Assembly: GCA_963792415.1 (NCBI GenBank)
Contig: CAWBVY010000004.1
Coordinates: 352,001 to 416,000 of the forward strand
Direction: 5' to 3'
DNA: 64,000 bases
Source: Candidatus Deferrimicrobiaceae bacterium
Lineage (GTDB): Bacteria; Desulfobacterota; Deferrimicrobia; Deferrimicrobiales; Deferrimicrobiaceae
A model generated the notes under the pieces. The model made no database searches and was not told the origin of the DNA. It saw nothing but the letters and a program-made list of their open reading frames with translations. A program made the translations under genes and the position numbers. Position 1 is the first letter of the stretch; each line of letters starts with the position of its first letter. Below are positions 9,447-18,938 of the stretch, piece by piece.

Positions 9447-11612
9447 TCACATCAAATTGCTGATCTTCCATTGCCCCTCCGGGTGCGCGAACCGGACCAG
9501 CCGGGTGGAAAGTTTCGTCTTCGTCAGGGCGACCCGCGTCGACTGCAGCGCGTACGTCTCCCCTGCCGGAAGGAGGGCGATCGGGTTTTCCCCTCTTCCG
9601 TTCGCGGTTTTCCCGTACCGGGTGTGCCCCTGCCCCAGCGGCATCGCCGCGACGTCCGGGGCGACGCCCGGGTTGAACGTCACGTGGGCCGTGATCTTCC
9701 CGGAAGGCGACGTGACGGTCACGCCGTCCCCCTCGGAGAGGCCCAGCCCCGCTCCCGTCTTCGGGTTCACCTCGACCCAGTTCCGCCACACCGCGGTCGA
9801 GACCGGATCCGGCATCTCCTGGAGCCACGCGAGGTTCGCCCCCCGGCCGTCGTAGAGGGTCACGGAAGGGTAGAGGTGCAGCGCCAGGGGGAACGCCTTC
9901 GGGTCGCCGTCGATGGGGCGCTCCGTCGCTTTCGGGAGGACGACGTTCCCCGTTCGGGCCGCGAACCGCGGAGAGGACGACTCCCCGAAGAAGCCGCCGC
10001 GCCGGAGGGCGGCCTCCATCTCACCGCCGGGGCCGCCGTACGCCTTGTCGAGGCACTCCTTGAACGACCGCCACGGGAGCGCCTTTGCGGGTTCGCCGCC
10101 CAGTTCGCCCGCCGCGGCGATCAGGACGTCGGGCATCGACCGGGTGTCGTGGAACGGGACCACCACCGGCTGGCAGAGGGTGACCGCCCCGGAATGCCCC
10201 ACGGGGGCGAGATCGTCCCCCCAGGTCTCGAGGGCGGTCGGGACCGGCAGCACGAGGTCGGCCTGCGACGTCGTCTCGTCGAGGAAGGAGGCGAAGGCGA
10301 CGACGAAGGGGACCTTCGACAGCGCTTCGCTGAATTTGACCGAAGGCGGGAGGGTGAACGCGGGGTTCGTCGCCCCCGAGAGAATCGCCATCCGGAACGC
10401 CCCGCCGCGCATTTTTTCGATTGCGTCGCGCATCCCCGCGTACCCGCTCTCCGGGGATGGGGCGAGCAGGGCGGCGTCCGCCCCGTACTTCGCGAAGGCG
10501 ACTGCGCGGTTCGGGAACGACACCCCGCCGGGCCTCCCCACGTTCCCCGCGAGGACGTTCAGGAGCGCCACGGCGCCGCAGTGGAACGTCCCGTCGGGGC
10601 CGGTCGCGGCTCCCGTTCCCGGGATCGCGATGCCCGGCTGGTTTCGCGCGAACTCCTCCGCCACCGCGGCGATGTCGTGCGCGTGGACCCCCGTCAGTCT
10701 CTCGACCGCCTCCGGGGAATACGCGGACAGATCGTCCGCAAGCCGCCCCGCGACCGCGGCGGCAAGCCGGTCCCGCACCATCACGTGCGCGATCCCGAGG
10801 GCGACGATCCCCTCCGTGCCCGGGGCGCACGGCAGGAACAGGTCGGCGGCGGCGGCGGTCATAGAGAGCCGGGGTCCGAAGTGGATGAATTTCCCCCGGA
10901 TCGTCTCGCGGTCCCCCCGCATCCGGCCGTACTCCCTTGCGTAGTGCACAGGGGAGATGCCGGTCTCGAGGAAGTCGCCGGAGAAGGAGAGCAGGTACCG
11001 CGCGTTCGCCAGGTCGTGCTCGGGCAGGTCGCGGACGCCGTGGACCGCATCGTTCGCGGACAGCATCGCGTCGGCGCCGAACGGGTCCCAGGCGACGCGA
11101 TGCTTCGATCCGAACGCCTTCATGAACCGGCCCGCAACGAGCCCCGCGTGGCCGCGCATCGGGTCGGTGAGCATCAGGAGCGACCCCGGCGCCTCGGCCT
11201 TCACCTTCTTCAACGGGACCATCAGGAGGGAGAGCGCCTCTTCCCAGGAAATCGGCGCGTAGGTCCCCGAACCGCGCCCCCCGGAAAGCTTCATCGGCCG
11301 CGAAAGCCGTTCCGGGTGATAGAGCGCCTGAAGCGCCGCCTGCCCCCGGGCGCACAGCCGGCCGCGGTTCACCGGGTGGAGCGGGTTCCCCTCGATCTTC
11401 TTCGCACGCCCTTCGGAGACGCGGACGACGATCCCGCACCCGGCGGGGCACTGTCCGCACACCGAGGCGTACCAGAGCGCCTCGCCCAGCGTGACGTTCT
11501 CCGGGGGTATTACGAACGGGATGAGTTTCCGCGGAATCTTTTCGCATCCGCCGAACAGGGTGGCGAAGGCCGTCGCGCCGCCGAGTTTCAGGAATTGCCG
11601 CCGATCGAGCAT
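9447..11612 (-). CDS. actB: Molybdopterin oxidoreductase-fold subunit (ActB1/QrcB-like), Tat-exported
   Basis: DRRQFLK twin-arginine signal, CGQCPAGC...C Fe-S motif, ADLVLP, and a C-terminal WLQEMPDP/GQGH domain. Confidence 0.88.
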   Translation of the reverse strand: MLDRRQFLKLGGATAFATLFGGCEKIPRKLIPFVIPPENVTLGEALWYASVCGQCPAGCGIVVRVSEGRAKKIEGNPLHPVNRGRLCARGQAALQALYHPERLSRPMKLSGGRGSGTYAPISWEEALSLLMVPLKKVKAEAPGSLLMLTDPMRGHAGLVAGRFMKAFGSKHRVAWDPFGADAMLSANDAVHGVRDLPEHDLANARYLLSFSGDFLETGISPVHYAREYGRMRGDRETIRGKFIHFGPRLSMTAAAADLFLPCAPGTEGIVALGIAHVMVRDRLAAAVAGRLADDLSAYSPEAVERLTGVHAHDIAAVAEEFARNQPGIAIPGTGAATGPDGTFHCGAVALLNVLAGNVGRPGGVSFPNRAVAFAKYGADAALLAPSPESGYAGMRDAIEKMRGGAFRMAILSGATNPAFTLPPSVKFSEALSKVPFVVAFASFLDETTSQADLVLPVPTALETWGDDLAPVGHSGAVTLCQPVVVPFHDTRSMPDVLIAAAGELGGEPAKALPWRSFKECLDKAYGGPGGEMEAALRRGGFFGESSSPRFAARTGNVVLPKATERPIDGDPKAFPLALHLYPSVTLYDGRGANLAWLQEMPDPVSTAVWRNWVEVNPKTGAGLGLSEGDGVTVTSPSGKITAHVTFNPGVAPDVAAMPLGQGHTRYGKTANGRGENPIALLPAGETYALQSTRVALTKTKLSTRLVRFAHPEGQWKISNLM

Positions 11613-11633
11613 CCGTTTCCTCTCGCGTCCCCG

Positions 11634-12134
11634 TCAGTAGTGGCAGGTCCAGCAGTCGATGGAGACCTTCTTCTTCCGGTGGCACTCCATGCAGAAGCCC
11701 ATGCCGAACTCGAGTTTCTGCTCCGCCGTCCCCGCCTGGTCCATCCCCGGGTGGCAGGTGAGGCAGGCGATCCCCGCGTTCACCATCTTCCGGTGCGGGA
11801 AGTAGACGTGGTTCGGGACGTCGATCACCTTGTTCCACGGGATCGGCTTCTTCCCGTTCCAGTATTCGGCGACCTTCTTCACCTCGGGCTTGTCGGTCGC
11901 GATCGACCGGTGGCACATCATGCACTTCTCGACCGGGGGGAGATTCGCGAACTGGGATTTGTTCGTGGAGGAGTGGCAGAACCGGCAGTTCAGCTTGTAC
12001 TCCGTGACGTGGATCTTGTGGGAAAAGGCGATCGGCTGGGGGACGGTTTCGGCGAGGGCGGATCCCGCGGACAGGAAAAGCGCAAGGGCGAGACCAGCGA
12101 GGGGAATCGCGGCGTTGATGGGCCTGCGGGCCAT
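11634..12134 (-). CDS. actA: Pentaheme cytochrome c (ActA/QrcA-like)
   Basis: Signal/TM segment, QPIAFSHKIH and five CxxCH motifs (CRFCH, CMMCH, CLTCH, CMECH, CWTCH). Confidence 0.9.
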   Translation of the reverse strand: MARRPINAAIPLAGLALALFLSAGSALAETVPQPIAFSHKIHVTEYKLNCRFCHSSTNKSQFANLPPVEKCMMCHRSIATDKPEVKKVAEYWNGKKPIPWNKVIDVPNHVYFPHRKMVNAGIACLTCHPGMDQAGTAEQKLEFGMGFCMECHRKKKVSIDCWTCHY

Positions 12135-12224
12135 CGGTCCTCTTTCCGGCGCTTCGAGTGTGGGGCCGTACGCGTAATGCGGAACAATTTTATCGCAGTT
12201 CCCCCGGCGGGAGGGGGAGAATTA

Positions 12225-12575
12225 TCACAGGCACGCCTTCGTCGCGGGGATGGCGCAAAGGAACGAGAAGGTCTCGCCCCCCGCGTTCGCGAAGGCGTGC
12301 TCCTCGTCCGGCGGGACGAAGACGAAGTTCCCCGGCCCCACTTCCGTCTCGCCGTTCTTCCGCTTCACCTTCCCCTTCCCCGAGAGGACGAACACCTCGT
12401 GCTCCCACGCGTGGGCGTGGAACGGGGTATGACCGCCCGGGGCCACCTCGAAATGCCGAAGGGTGAAGTTCGGGGCGCCCACGTTGTCGCCCATCAGGAC
12501 ACGGATGGTGACGCCTCCCGCCCCCGCGTCGGTGACCGCCTTCCCCTCGACATCCTTCCAGTTCGCTACGTGCAT
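12225..12575 (-). CDS. Cupin domain protein
   Basis: HAHAWEHEVFVLSG and PPDEEHAF cupin motifs. Confidence 0.88.
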   Translation of the reverse strand: MHVANWKDVEGKAVTDAGAGGVTIRVLMGDNVGAPNFTLRHFEVAPGGHTPFHAHAWEHEVFVLSGKGKVKRKNGETEVGPGNFVFVPPDEEHAFANAGGETFSFLCAIPATKACL

Positions 12576-12592
12576 GACGGTACCTCCGTTTG

Positions 12593-13478
12593 CTATCGTT
12601 TCACCTCGACCTTCGCCTGCTTTTCATAATACCGGATCAGCCCGCCGTGGTCGAGATCGCCGAGGCCGTCCACCTTGAGCGCCTGCATCATCTCCATCAC
12701 CGATGCCGTCAGCGGAAGCGGCACGCCGATTTCGTGGGAGGTCTCCAGGACGTTCGCCAGGTCCTTGATGTGCAGGTGGATGCGGAACCCGGGGGTGGAA
12801 TTTCCGATCCATCACCAGCGGCGCCTTGGCGTCGAGCACGGTGCTTCCGGCCAGCCCCCCGCGAATGGCCTGGTAGACGAGGTCCGGCGCCACGCCTGCC
12901 TTGCTCGCAAGGACCAGGGCTTCGGACATGGCCGCGATATTGAGCGCGACGATGATCTGGTTCGCCAGCTTGGTGATGTTTCCGGCCCCGAGATCCCCGG
13001 TCAGGACGACGGATCCCGCCATCGCCTTCATCACCGGATAGTACCGGTCGAACACCTCCTTCTTCCCGCCGACCATCACCGAAAGCGTCCCTTCGATCGC
13101 CTTGGGCTCCCCGCCGCTGACCGGGGCGTCCAGCATCTCCACCCCCTTCTCCGCCAGCCGTGCCCCGATCTCGCGGCTCACCAGCGGGGCGATCGAGCTC
13201 ATGTCGATCACCACGGACCCCGGTTTCGCGCCGTGGATCAACCCGTTCGCTCCGAGAACCACCTCTTCGACGTGCGGGGAATTCGGCAGCATGGTGATGA
13301 CGGCATCCGTCGTTTCCGCGACCTCTTTCGGCGTGGCCGCCGTCTTGACGCCTTCGGAAGCCAGGGAATGCATGACGTCCGGATTTCTGTCCATCGCCAC
13401 GAGTTCATAGCCGGCCTTGAGCAGGTTCCTGCTCATCGGCCTCCCCATGATCCCCAGTCCGATAAATCCGATCTTCAT
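12593..13478 (-). pseudogene. garR: 2-hydroxy-3-oxopropionate (tartronate semialdehyde) reductase with one +1 frameshift at ~12797 (probably a sequencing error)
   Basis: MKIGFIGLGIMG, DAPVSGG and KLANQ. Removing one base restores PGFRIHLHIKDL...DHGGLIRYYEKQAKVEVKR*. Confidence 0.88.
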
Positions 13479-13631
13479 GATCCCGCCTCCTTTCCCCCCG
13501 TTTGTGACAAGATATATCGGATCAAATATACAGGGAACGCCTTTGATTACCCAAACACTTTACGAGTGCCGGGGCATTCGTGAGCCGCCGCACCGGATGG
13601 CGGGGATCGGCGGCTGGACCCGGGCGGGCAG

Positions 13632-14849
13632 ATGGGAACTCCCCTGAAGACGACAGCGGAGGACACGGGATCCGGCGTCGTCTTTCCCCTGGCCATCACG
13701 TTGGCGATCCAGGCGCTGGTTGCGATGGCCTCGGTCACGGTTCCCGTGCTCGCGCCCGCGGCGTCCGCGGAGACGGGGATCGCCCTCGCATACCTCGGCG
13801 TCTTCATGGCGTTCATCTACATAGGAGGCATGGTATCCAGCCTCGCCAGCGGGGATTTCATCCTGCGGTACGGCCCGATCCGGATCAGCCAGTGCTGCCT
13901 GGTCCTCAGCGGGCTCGGGCTGGCCGCCACGTCGGCGGGATCCGTCCCGCTCATGGCCTTCGGCGCCCTGCTGATCGGGGCCGGGTACGGGCCGGTGACG
14001 CCCGCGAGTTCCCATCTCCTGGCCCGGACCGCCCCGCCCGGCCGCATGTCCCTGACGTTCTCCCTGAAGCAGACCGGCGTTCCGCTGGGGGGAGCGATGG
14101 CCGGGGCCGTTGTTCCTCCCCTGGTCCTTTTCTTCGGGTGGAAGGGGGCGGCGATCGCGGTGGGGGCGTTCTGCGTCCTCCTCGCCTTCCTCTCCGAGCT
14201 GCCCAGGGCGGGCCTCGACATCGACCGGGAGAAGGGTCGGCCGATAAGCTTCAAGGGGGTCGCCGGGCCGCTGGAGATGGTGTTTTCCAGCGTGCCGCTC
14301 CGGGAACTGGCCATGACGTCGTTTTTTTTCGCTTCCATGCAGGTTTGCCTGAGCACCTACCTCGTCTCCTTCCTGACGACGAGCCTGGGCGTTCCGCTGG
14401 TCCGCGCGGGGTTGACGCTCACCGTCGCCCTGGGCGCGGGGGTCGCGGGACGCATCGTCTGGGGCGGCATTGCGGACCGGCTGATCCTGCCGCGACGGAT
14501 GCTCGGGACGCTCGGCCTCGCCATGTCTCTTTCGGCGGCGGCGACCTGCTTCATCTCCCTTTCCTGGCCGTACGCCGCCGTCGTCCTCCTCGGGGCCCTG
14601 TTCGGCGCCTCCGCGGTCGGCTGGAACGGCGTGTACCTTGCCGAGGTCGCCCGCAAGGCGCCTCCGGGCATGGCGGGGGTGGCCACGGGGGGGACCCTGT
14701 TCTTCACATTCTTCGGGGGAGTGGTCGCCCCTCCGCTCTTCGGAGGGATCGCGGGCGTCGGGCACCGGTACGCGCTTGCCTACTTCCTGTTCGCCGTTCC
14801 CGTGTTCCTGTTCAGCCTGATGCTCTTCCGTGGACGGGGAAGCCGCTGA
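13632..14849 (+). CDS. MFS transporter
   Basis: About 12 TMs, PASSHLLAR, SLKQTGVPLGG, GRIVWGGIADRL and GWNGVYLAEVAR. Confidence 0.9.
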   Translation: MGTPLKTTAEDTGSGVVFPLAITLAIQALVAMASVTVPVLAPAASAETGIALAYLGVFMAFIYIGGMVSSLASGDFILRYGPIRISQCCLVLSGLGLAATSAGSVPLMAFGALLIGAGYGPVTPASSHLLARTAPPGRMSLTFSLKQTGVPLGGAMAGAVVPPLVLFFGWKGAAIAVGAFCVLLAFLSELPRAGLDIDREKGRPISFKGVAGPLEMVFSSVPLRELAMTSFFFASMQVCLSTYLVSFLTTSLGVPLVRAGLTLTVALGAGVAGRIVWGGIADRLILPRRMLGTLGLAMSLSAAATCFISLSWPYAAVVLLGALFGASAVGWNGVYLAEVARKAPPGMAGVATGGTLFFTFFGGVVAPPLFGGIAGVGHRYALAYFLFAVPVFLFSLMLFRGRGSR

Positions 14850-15025
14850 GCATGTCCGGCAGGTCGCACGCGTCGGCGATGACGGCGTGCGGCCGGAACG
14901 ACCCCCCGGCTGTCAGCATATCCACCGCGGGATGGGGTTCAACCCGAATTTCATACACACACCGTCGGCATCCCGTTCAGGGTCGCCACGCCGTGCGCCG
15001 GGCTCACGTTTCATGAATTGAAGCA

Positions 15026-15958
15026 CTAGGGCCGCATGGGAACGTCGGTCAGGCCCCCGGGTTTTCCCGGGCGGGCCAAAAGGAAGTTCCGGAAACCTTC
15101 GGCCGCGGAGCTCAGAGGGCTGTTTCGCAGGTACAGCATGTAGATCGAGCGGCGCAGATTCAGATCGGAAATCCGAACGGTGCAGAGATGCCCGAGCATG
15201 ACTTCCAGGGCCACGGCCCGCGTGGAGACGATGGAGAGTCCCAGGTTCGCGGCGACGGCCTTCTTGATGGCCTCCGTGCTCCCCAGTTCCATCACGTGCG
15301 GCAACGATACGCCGGCCCGATGCAACTCCTCTTCGAGGATTTCCCGGGTTCCGGATCCATGCTCCCGCAGGATGAACACCTCTTCGGTCTCGGTGAGCAT
15401 CCGCACCGTTACGGTGTCCCGGGAAGCCAGCCGGTGCCGGGGGGAGACGATCAGCACGAGATCGTCCTCCAGGTACGTGTCGACGGCGAGCTCGGATCCC
15501 GGAACGGGCGGTCCGACGAAGCCGATGTCGGCCGTTCCCGCCCGGACGTTGCGAAGCACCTCTTCCTTGTTCGAGATGTTCAGGCGGATCTCGATCCCCG
15601 GATGCCGGGATTTGAACACGCCCAGCACGTCGGGAATCATGTAGATTCCGACCGTGCTGGCCGCGCTGATCCGCAGGTGGCCCCGGAGCAGTCCTTTCAG
15701 GCCGTCGATCTCCTCCCGTGCATCCGTAAGAAGCTGGAACATGCGGATGGAGTACTGCTGAAGGATCTGGCCTGCCTCGGTGAGTGCGAGGATCCGCCCC
15801 TTGCGCACGAACAGGTGGGTCCCGAGAGCCTCTTCCAGGGCGAGGATCTGTCGCGACACGGCGGGCTGGGTCAGATGCAGGTCGTTCAGGGCCCTCGAGA
15901 TTCCCTGGTGCCGGGCCACCGCCAGAAAGGTGCGGAGGTTCGAAAGGTTCCAGTCCAT
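15026..15958 (-). CDS. LysR-family transcriptional regulator (CbbR/CysL-like effector domain)
   Basis: HTH LHLTQPAVSRQILALE, LTEAG, REHGSGTR and STEAIKKAV. Confidence 0.92.
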   Translation of the reverse strand: MDWNLSNLRTFLAVARHQGISRALNDLHLTQPAVSRQILALEEALGTHLFVRKGRILALTEAGQILQQYSIRMFQLLTDAREEIDGLKGLLRGHLRISAASTVGIYMIPDVLGVFKSRHPGIEIRLNISNKEEVLRNVRAGTADIGFVGPPVPGSELAVDTYLEDDLVLIVSPRHRLASRDTVTVRMLTETEEVFILREHGSGTREILEEELHRAGVSLPHVMELGSTEAIKKAVAANLGLSIVSTRAVALEVMLGHLCTVRISDLNLRRSIYMLYLRNSPLSSAAEGFRNFLLARPGKPGGLTDVPMRP

Positions 15959-16011
15959 CGGGGATCTCCTCGCGTGAATGTATTACTTTTACGCATATGT
16001 TCTATGTAATA

Positions 16012-16028
16012 TATGCATTTCAAGCATA
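16012..16028. promoter_or_regulatory. Putative LysR recognition box
   Basis: Palindrome TATGC-N7-GCATA (contains T-N11-A) in the AT-rich divergent gap between the lysR and CBS genes. Confidence 0.5.
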
Positions 16029-16071
16029 GGCCATTTCCTGATAAAAATCCCGTATCGGATGCGGAGGCCCC

Positions 16072-16611
16072 ATGATCGCCGGCAGGCTCGAAGCGGAAGA
16101 CATCATGACCCCCCAGGTTCACACCGTCGGTCCGAAGGATTCGGTGTGGAAGGTGATCGACCTGATCTGCCGGCACCGGGTCAGCGGGATTCCGGTGCTC
16201 GACGGGAAAGGCCACCTCGTCGGACTCATCTCGGAGCGCGACATTCTGCACGCCATGAACTCCGGCGCGGCCGGTGTCACGGGGTCGCCGTCCGGCAAGG
16301 GCGTCGCGGGGAGGCTCCGGAACATCGATGAACTCCTGGCGCGGGACATCATGGTGGTCAAGGTCATCACCGCCACCCCGGAAACCGAAGCCCTCCGCCT
16401 GGCGTCCATCATGGCTCTCCGGAAAATCCGCCGGATTCCCATCGTCGTCGGGAAGAAACTCGTCGGCATCGTCAGCCACGGAGACGTCTACCGGGCCATC
16501 TTCGGAGTACCCGGGAAGGCGGTACCGTGGCGGACGACTGCACGAGCCGCCGAACCGTCGAAATCGAAACGCCCCAGGCACCTCGAGAAAAGGGGAAAGA
16601 AAGGGACCTGA
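16072..16611 (+). CDS. CBS domain pair protein
   Basis: DIMTPQVHTV...SGIPVLD...GLISERD and DIM...RRIPIV...GIVSHGD. Confidence 0.88.
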   Translation: MIAGRLEAEDIMTPQVHTVGPKDSVWKVIDLICRHRVSGIPVLDGKGHLVGLISERDILHAMNSGAAGVTGSPSGKGVAGRLRNIDELLARDIMVVKVITATPETEALRLASIMALRKIRRIPIVVGKKLVGIVSHGDVYRAIFGVPGKAVPWRTTARAAEPSKSKRPRHLEKRGKKGT

Positions 16612-16695
16612 ACCCCGTTGGTATTTGCGCGGCATTGCGGAAAGGAGATTGAAGTACGTGTTTCTGATTTCCCACAATCCAGTAAGGAGGGACGA

Positions 16696-16938
16696 ATGGA
16701 CGTTCAAAACATCCTTGTTGCCAAGTTGAAAGAGAGCGGCATGAACGGGCTGTTCAATGAGAAGGAAAGATGCGGATGCCACATCGACGACCTGATGCCG
16801 TGCTCTTCGCCCCAGCCCGAATGCAAAGCCGGATTCAGGGTCGCAGGGTGTTCGGACATTTGTGGCCTTGGCTGCGATTTTCACGTTCTCAAAGACAAGC
16901 CGAAGGTGGCTGCTGTCGAAGTTCCTGTAAAGCCTTGA
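16696..16938 (+). CDS. Small cysteine-rich hypothetical protein (80 aa)
   Basis: Strong RBS TAAGGAGG before ATG 16696. Seven Cys, including CGCH and CSDICGLGCDFH. Confidence 0.75.
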   Translation: MDVQNILVAKLKESGMNGLFNEKERCGCHIDDLMPCSSPQPECKAGFRVAGCSDICGLGCDFHVLKDKPKVAAVEVPVKP

Positions 16939-17128
16939 CGCAGGGGGCGGTGCGCCCGGAACTCGCTGCCGGCAGGGCGGCGGGGACCGGCGCGCACGTC
17001 TTGCGCCATGGGACGCCCCCCCATAAAAAGTGTCCTAATCCCTCGAATCCTGTAAAATAATACGCATTTCCCAAGACGTATCCGACGACCAAGCGAATAG
17101 GCGATTCCCCAAGGAAAGGAGACGGAGC

Positions 17129-18913
17129 ATGCCCAAGATGACTGCCGCGAGCGCCGCCGTGAAAATCCTTGAAAACGAGGGTGTCAAGCACATCTTCGGC
17201 ATACCGGGGGCGGGAATCCTCCCTTTCTATCGGTCCCTCAAGGATCTCGGAACGATCAAGCACTTTCTTTGCAGGCACGAGGAGGGTTCGATCCACATGG
17301 CGGACGGGTATGCCCGCGCCATCGGGACGGTGGGCGTGTGCTCGGCGACCTCCGGCCCCGCCGCGAGCAATTTCGTGACCGGCCTGTACACCGCCCAGGT
17401 GGACTCCATCCCCGTGCTGGCGATCACCGGCCAGAATGTGAGGGCGCAGCTGGGGCGCGAGGCGTTCCAGGCGGTCGACATCGCGTCGATCGTGAAGCTG
17501 GTGACGAAGAAGTCGTACTGCGTGCAGGAGCCGGCCATGGTGCCGTGGGTGTTCCGGGAGGCGTTCCGGATCATGCGGGAAGGACGCCCCGGGCCCGTCC
17601 TGATCGATCTCCCCCTCGACGTCCAGAAGGGGGAGATCGAGTACGATCCCGAAACGGATCCGCAGCTCCCGGTCTTCAGGACGCCGCCCGACCCGAAGCA
17701 GGTGGCCAAGGCCGTGGACATGCTCCTGGCCGCTTCGAAGCCGATCATGCTGCTGGGTGGAGGGGTGATCCTGGCGGAGGCCTGCGAGGTATTCGTGAAG
17801 CTCGCCGAGCTCCTGCAGATTCCCGTCGTCACCTCGTACATGGGCAAGGGCGGGATCCCGTGGAACCATCCCCTCGCCGCCGGGCAGGTGGGGACCCAGT
17901 GCAACACCCGGCCGGGGAACCAGACGTTCCTCGAGTCCACCCTGGTGTTCGCCGTGGGCGCCCGGTTCAACGACCGCCACACGGGCGCCCTCAACGTCTA
18001 CAAGGGAAACCGGCAGTTCATCCACGTGGACGTGGACCCGGGCCAGCTCGGGAAGAACATCATGCCGGATCTCGGCATCTGCGCGGACGCCAAGCTGACC
18101 CTGGACGCGATGCTGGAAGAGATCAGGCGGCGGAACGTCAAGCCGGCGCCCGCGAAGATGGCGGTCGCGCAGCTGCGCGCCAAGCTCGAGCGGAAGACCG
18201 ACTACGACGACATTCCCATCAAGCCGCATAGGGTGTTCAAGGAGATCAACGACTTTTTCGACGACGAGACCGTGTTCGTGACCTGCATCGGACTGAACCA
18301 GATCTGGTCCGCCCAGCTGCAGAAGATCTCCAGGCCCAGGCATTACCTGGATTGCGGGGGAGCGGGGCCGCTGGGTTGGGATCTGCCGGCTTCGATCGGG
18401 GCCAAGGTCGCCCGTCCGGACAAGACGGTGGTCCAGGTGGTCGGGGATTACGGCTTCCAGTTCTGCATGGAAGAGCTCTCCGTCGCCGTCATGTACAACG
18501 TCCCCTTCGTGTGCATCGTGCTGAACAACGGGTATCTCGGGCTCATCCGCCAGGCCGAGAAGTACAACTTCGACATGGATTTCGAGGTCCAGACCTGGTA
18601 CGAAACGCTGGCCGAAGGCGCGAGCCTGGCGGTTCCGATGATGGCCGAGGGCGGCCGGAAAGGCTCCGTCGGGGTGGTCGATTCCCCCAAGGGCCGGGTC
18701 GAGCCGGAAAACCAGGGTCGGGGATTCGATTTCGTGAAGTTCGCGGAGGCGTGCGGGGCCACGGGGGAGCGCGTTACGGACCCGAAGGAGATCCGCGGCG
18801 CGTTCGAGCGGGCCGTGAAATCCGGAAGGCCCTACGTGATCGACGTCGTCATGGAGCGGAATACCGACGCTTCGATGGGTCTCTCGCTCGACGCCGTCAA
18901 GGAATTCGAATAA
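17129..18913 (+). CDS. gcl: Glyoxylate carboligase
   Basis: FGIPGAGILP, RHEEGSIHMADGY, DSIPVLAITGQ, EAFQAVDI, GAGPLGW and the TPP motif GDYGFQF...LNNGYLGLIRQ. Confidence 0.93.
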   Translation: MPKMTAASAAVKILENEGVKHIFGIPGAGILPFYRSLKDLGTIKHFLCRHEEGSIHMADGYARAIGTVGVCSATSGPAASNFVTGLYTAQVDSIPVLAITGQNVRAQLGREAFQAVDIASIVKLVTKKSYCVQEPAMVPWVFREAFRIMREGRPGPVLIDLPLDVQKGEIEYDPETDPQLPVFRTPPDPKQVAKAVDMLLAASKPIMLLGGGVILAEACEVFVKLAELLQIPVVTSYMGKGGIPWNHPLAAGQVGTQCNTRPGNQTFLESTLVFAVGARFNDRHTGALNVYKGNRQFIHVDVDPGQLGKNIMPDLGICADAKLTLDAMLEEIRRRNVKPAPAKMAVAQLRAKLERKTDYDDIPIKPHRVFKEINDFFDDETVFVTCIGLNQIWSAQLQKISRPRHYLDCGGAGPLGWDLPASIGAKVARPDKTVVQVVGDYGFQFCMEELSVAVMYNVPFVCIVLNNGYLGLIRQAEKYNFDMDFEVQTWYETLAEGASLAVPMMAEGGRKGSVGVVDSPKGRVEPENQGRGFDFVKFAEACGATGERVTDPKEIRGAFERAVKSGRPYVIDVVMERNTDASMGLSLDAVKEFE

Positions 18914-18938
18914 GGATCCGACAACGGGGGAACAGGCC

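Noticed and set aside
14850-15025. Structured gap between MFS and lysR as a possible ncRNA or tRNA
   Set aside because: It contains only an imperfect GC hairpin between convergent genes, with no cloverleaf or recognisable RNA family motif.
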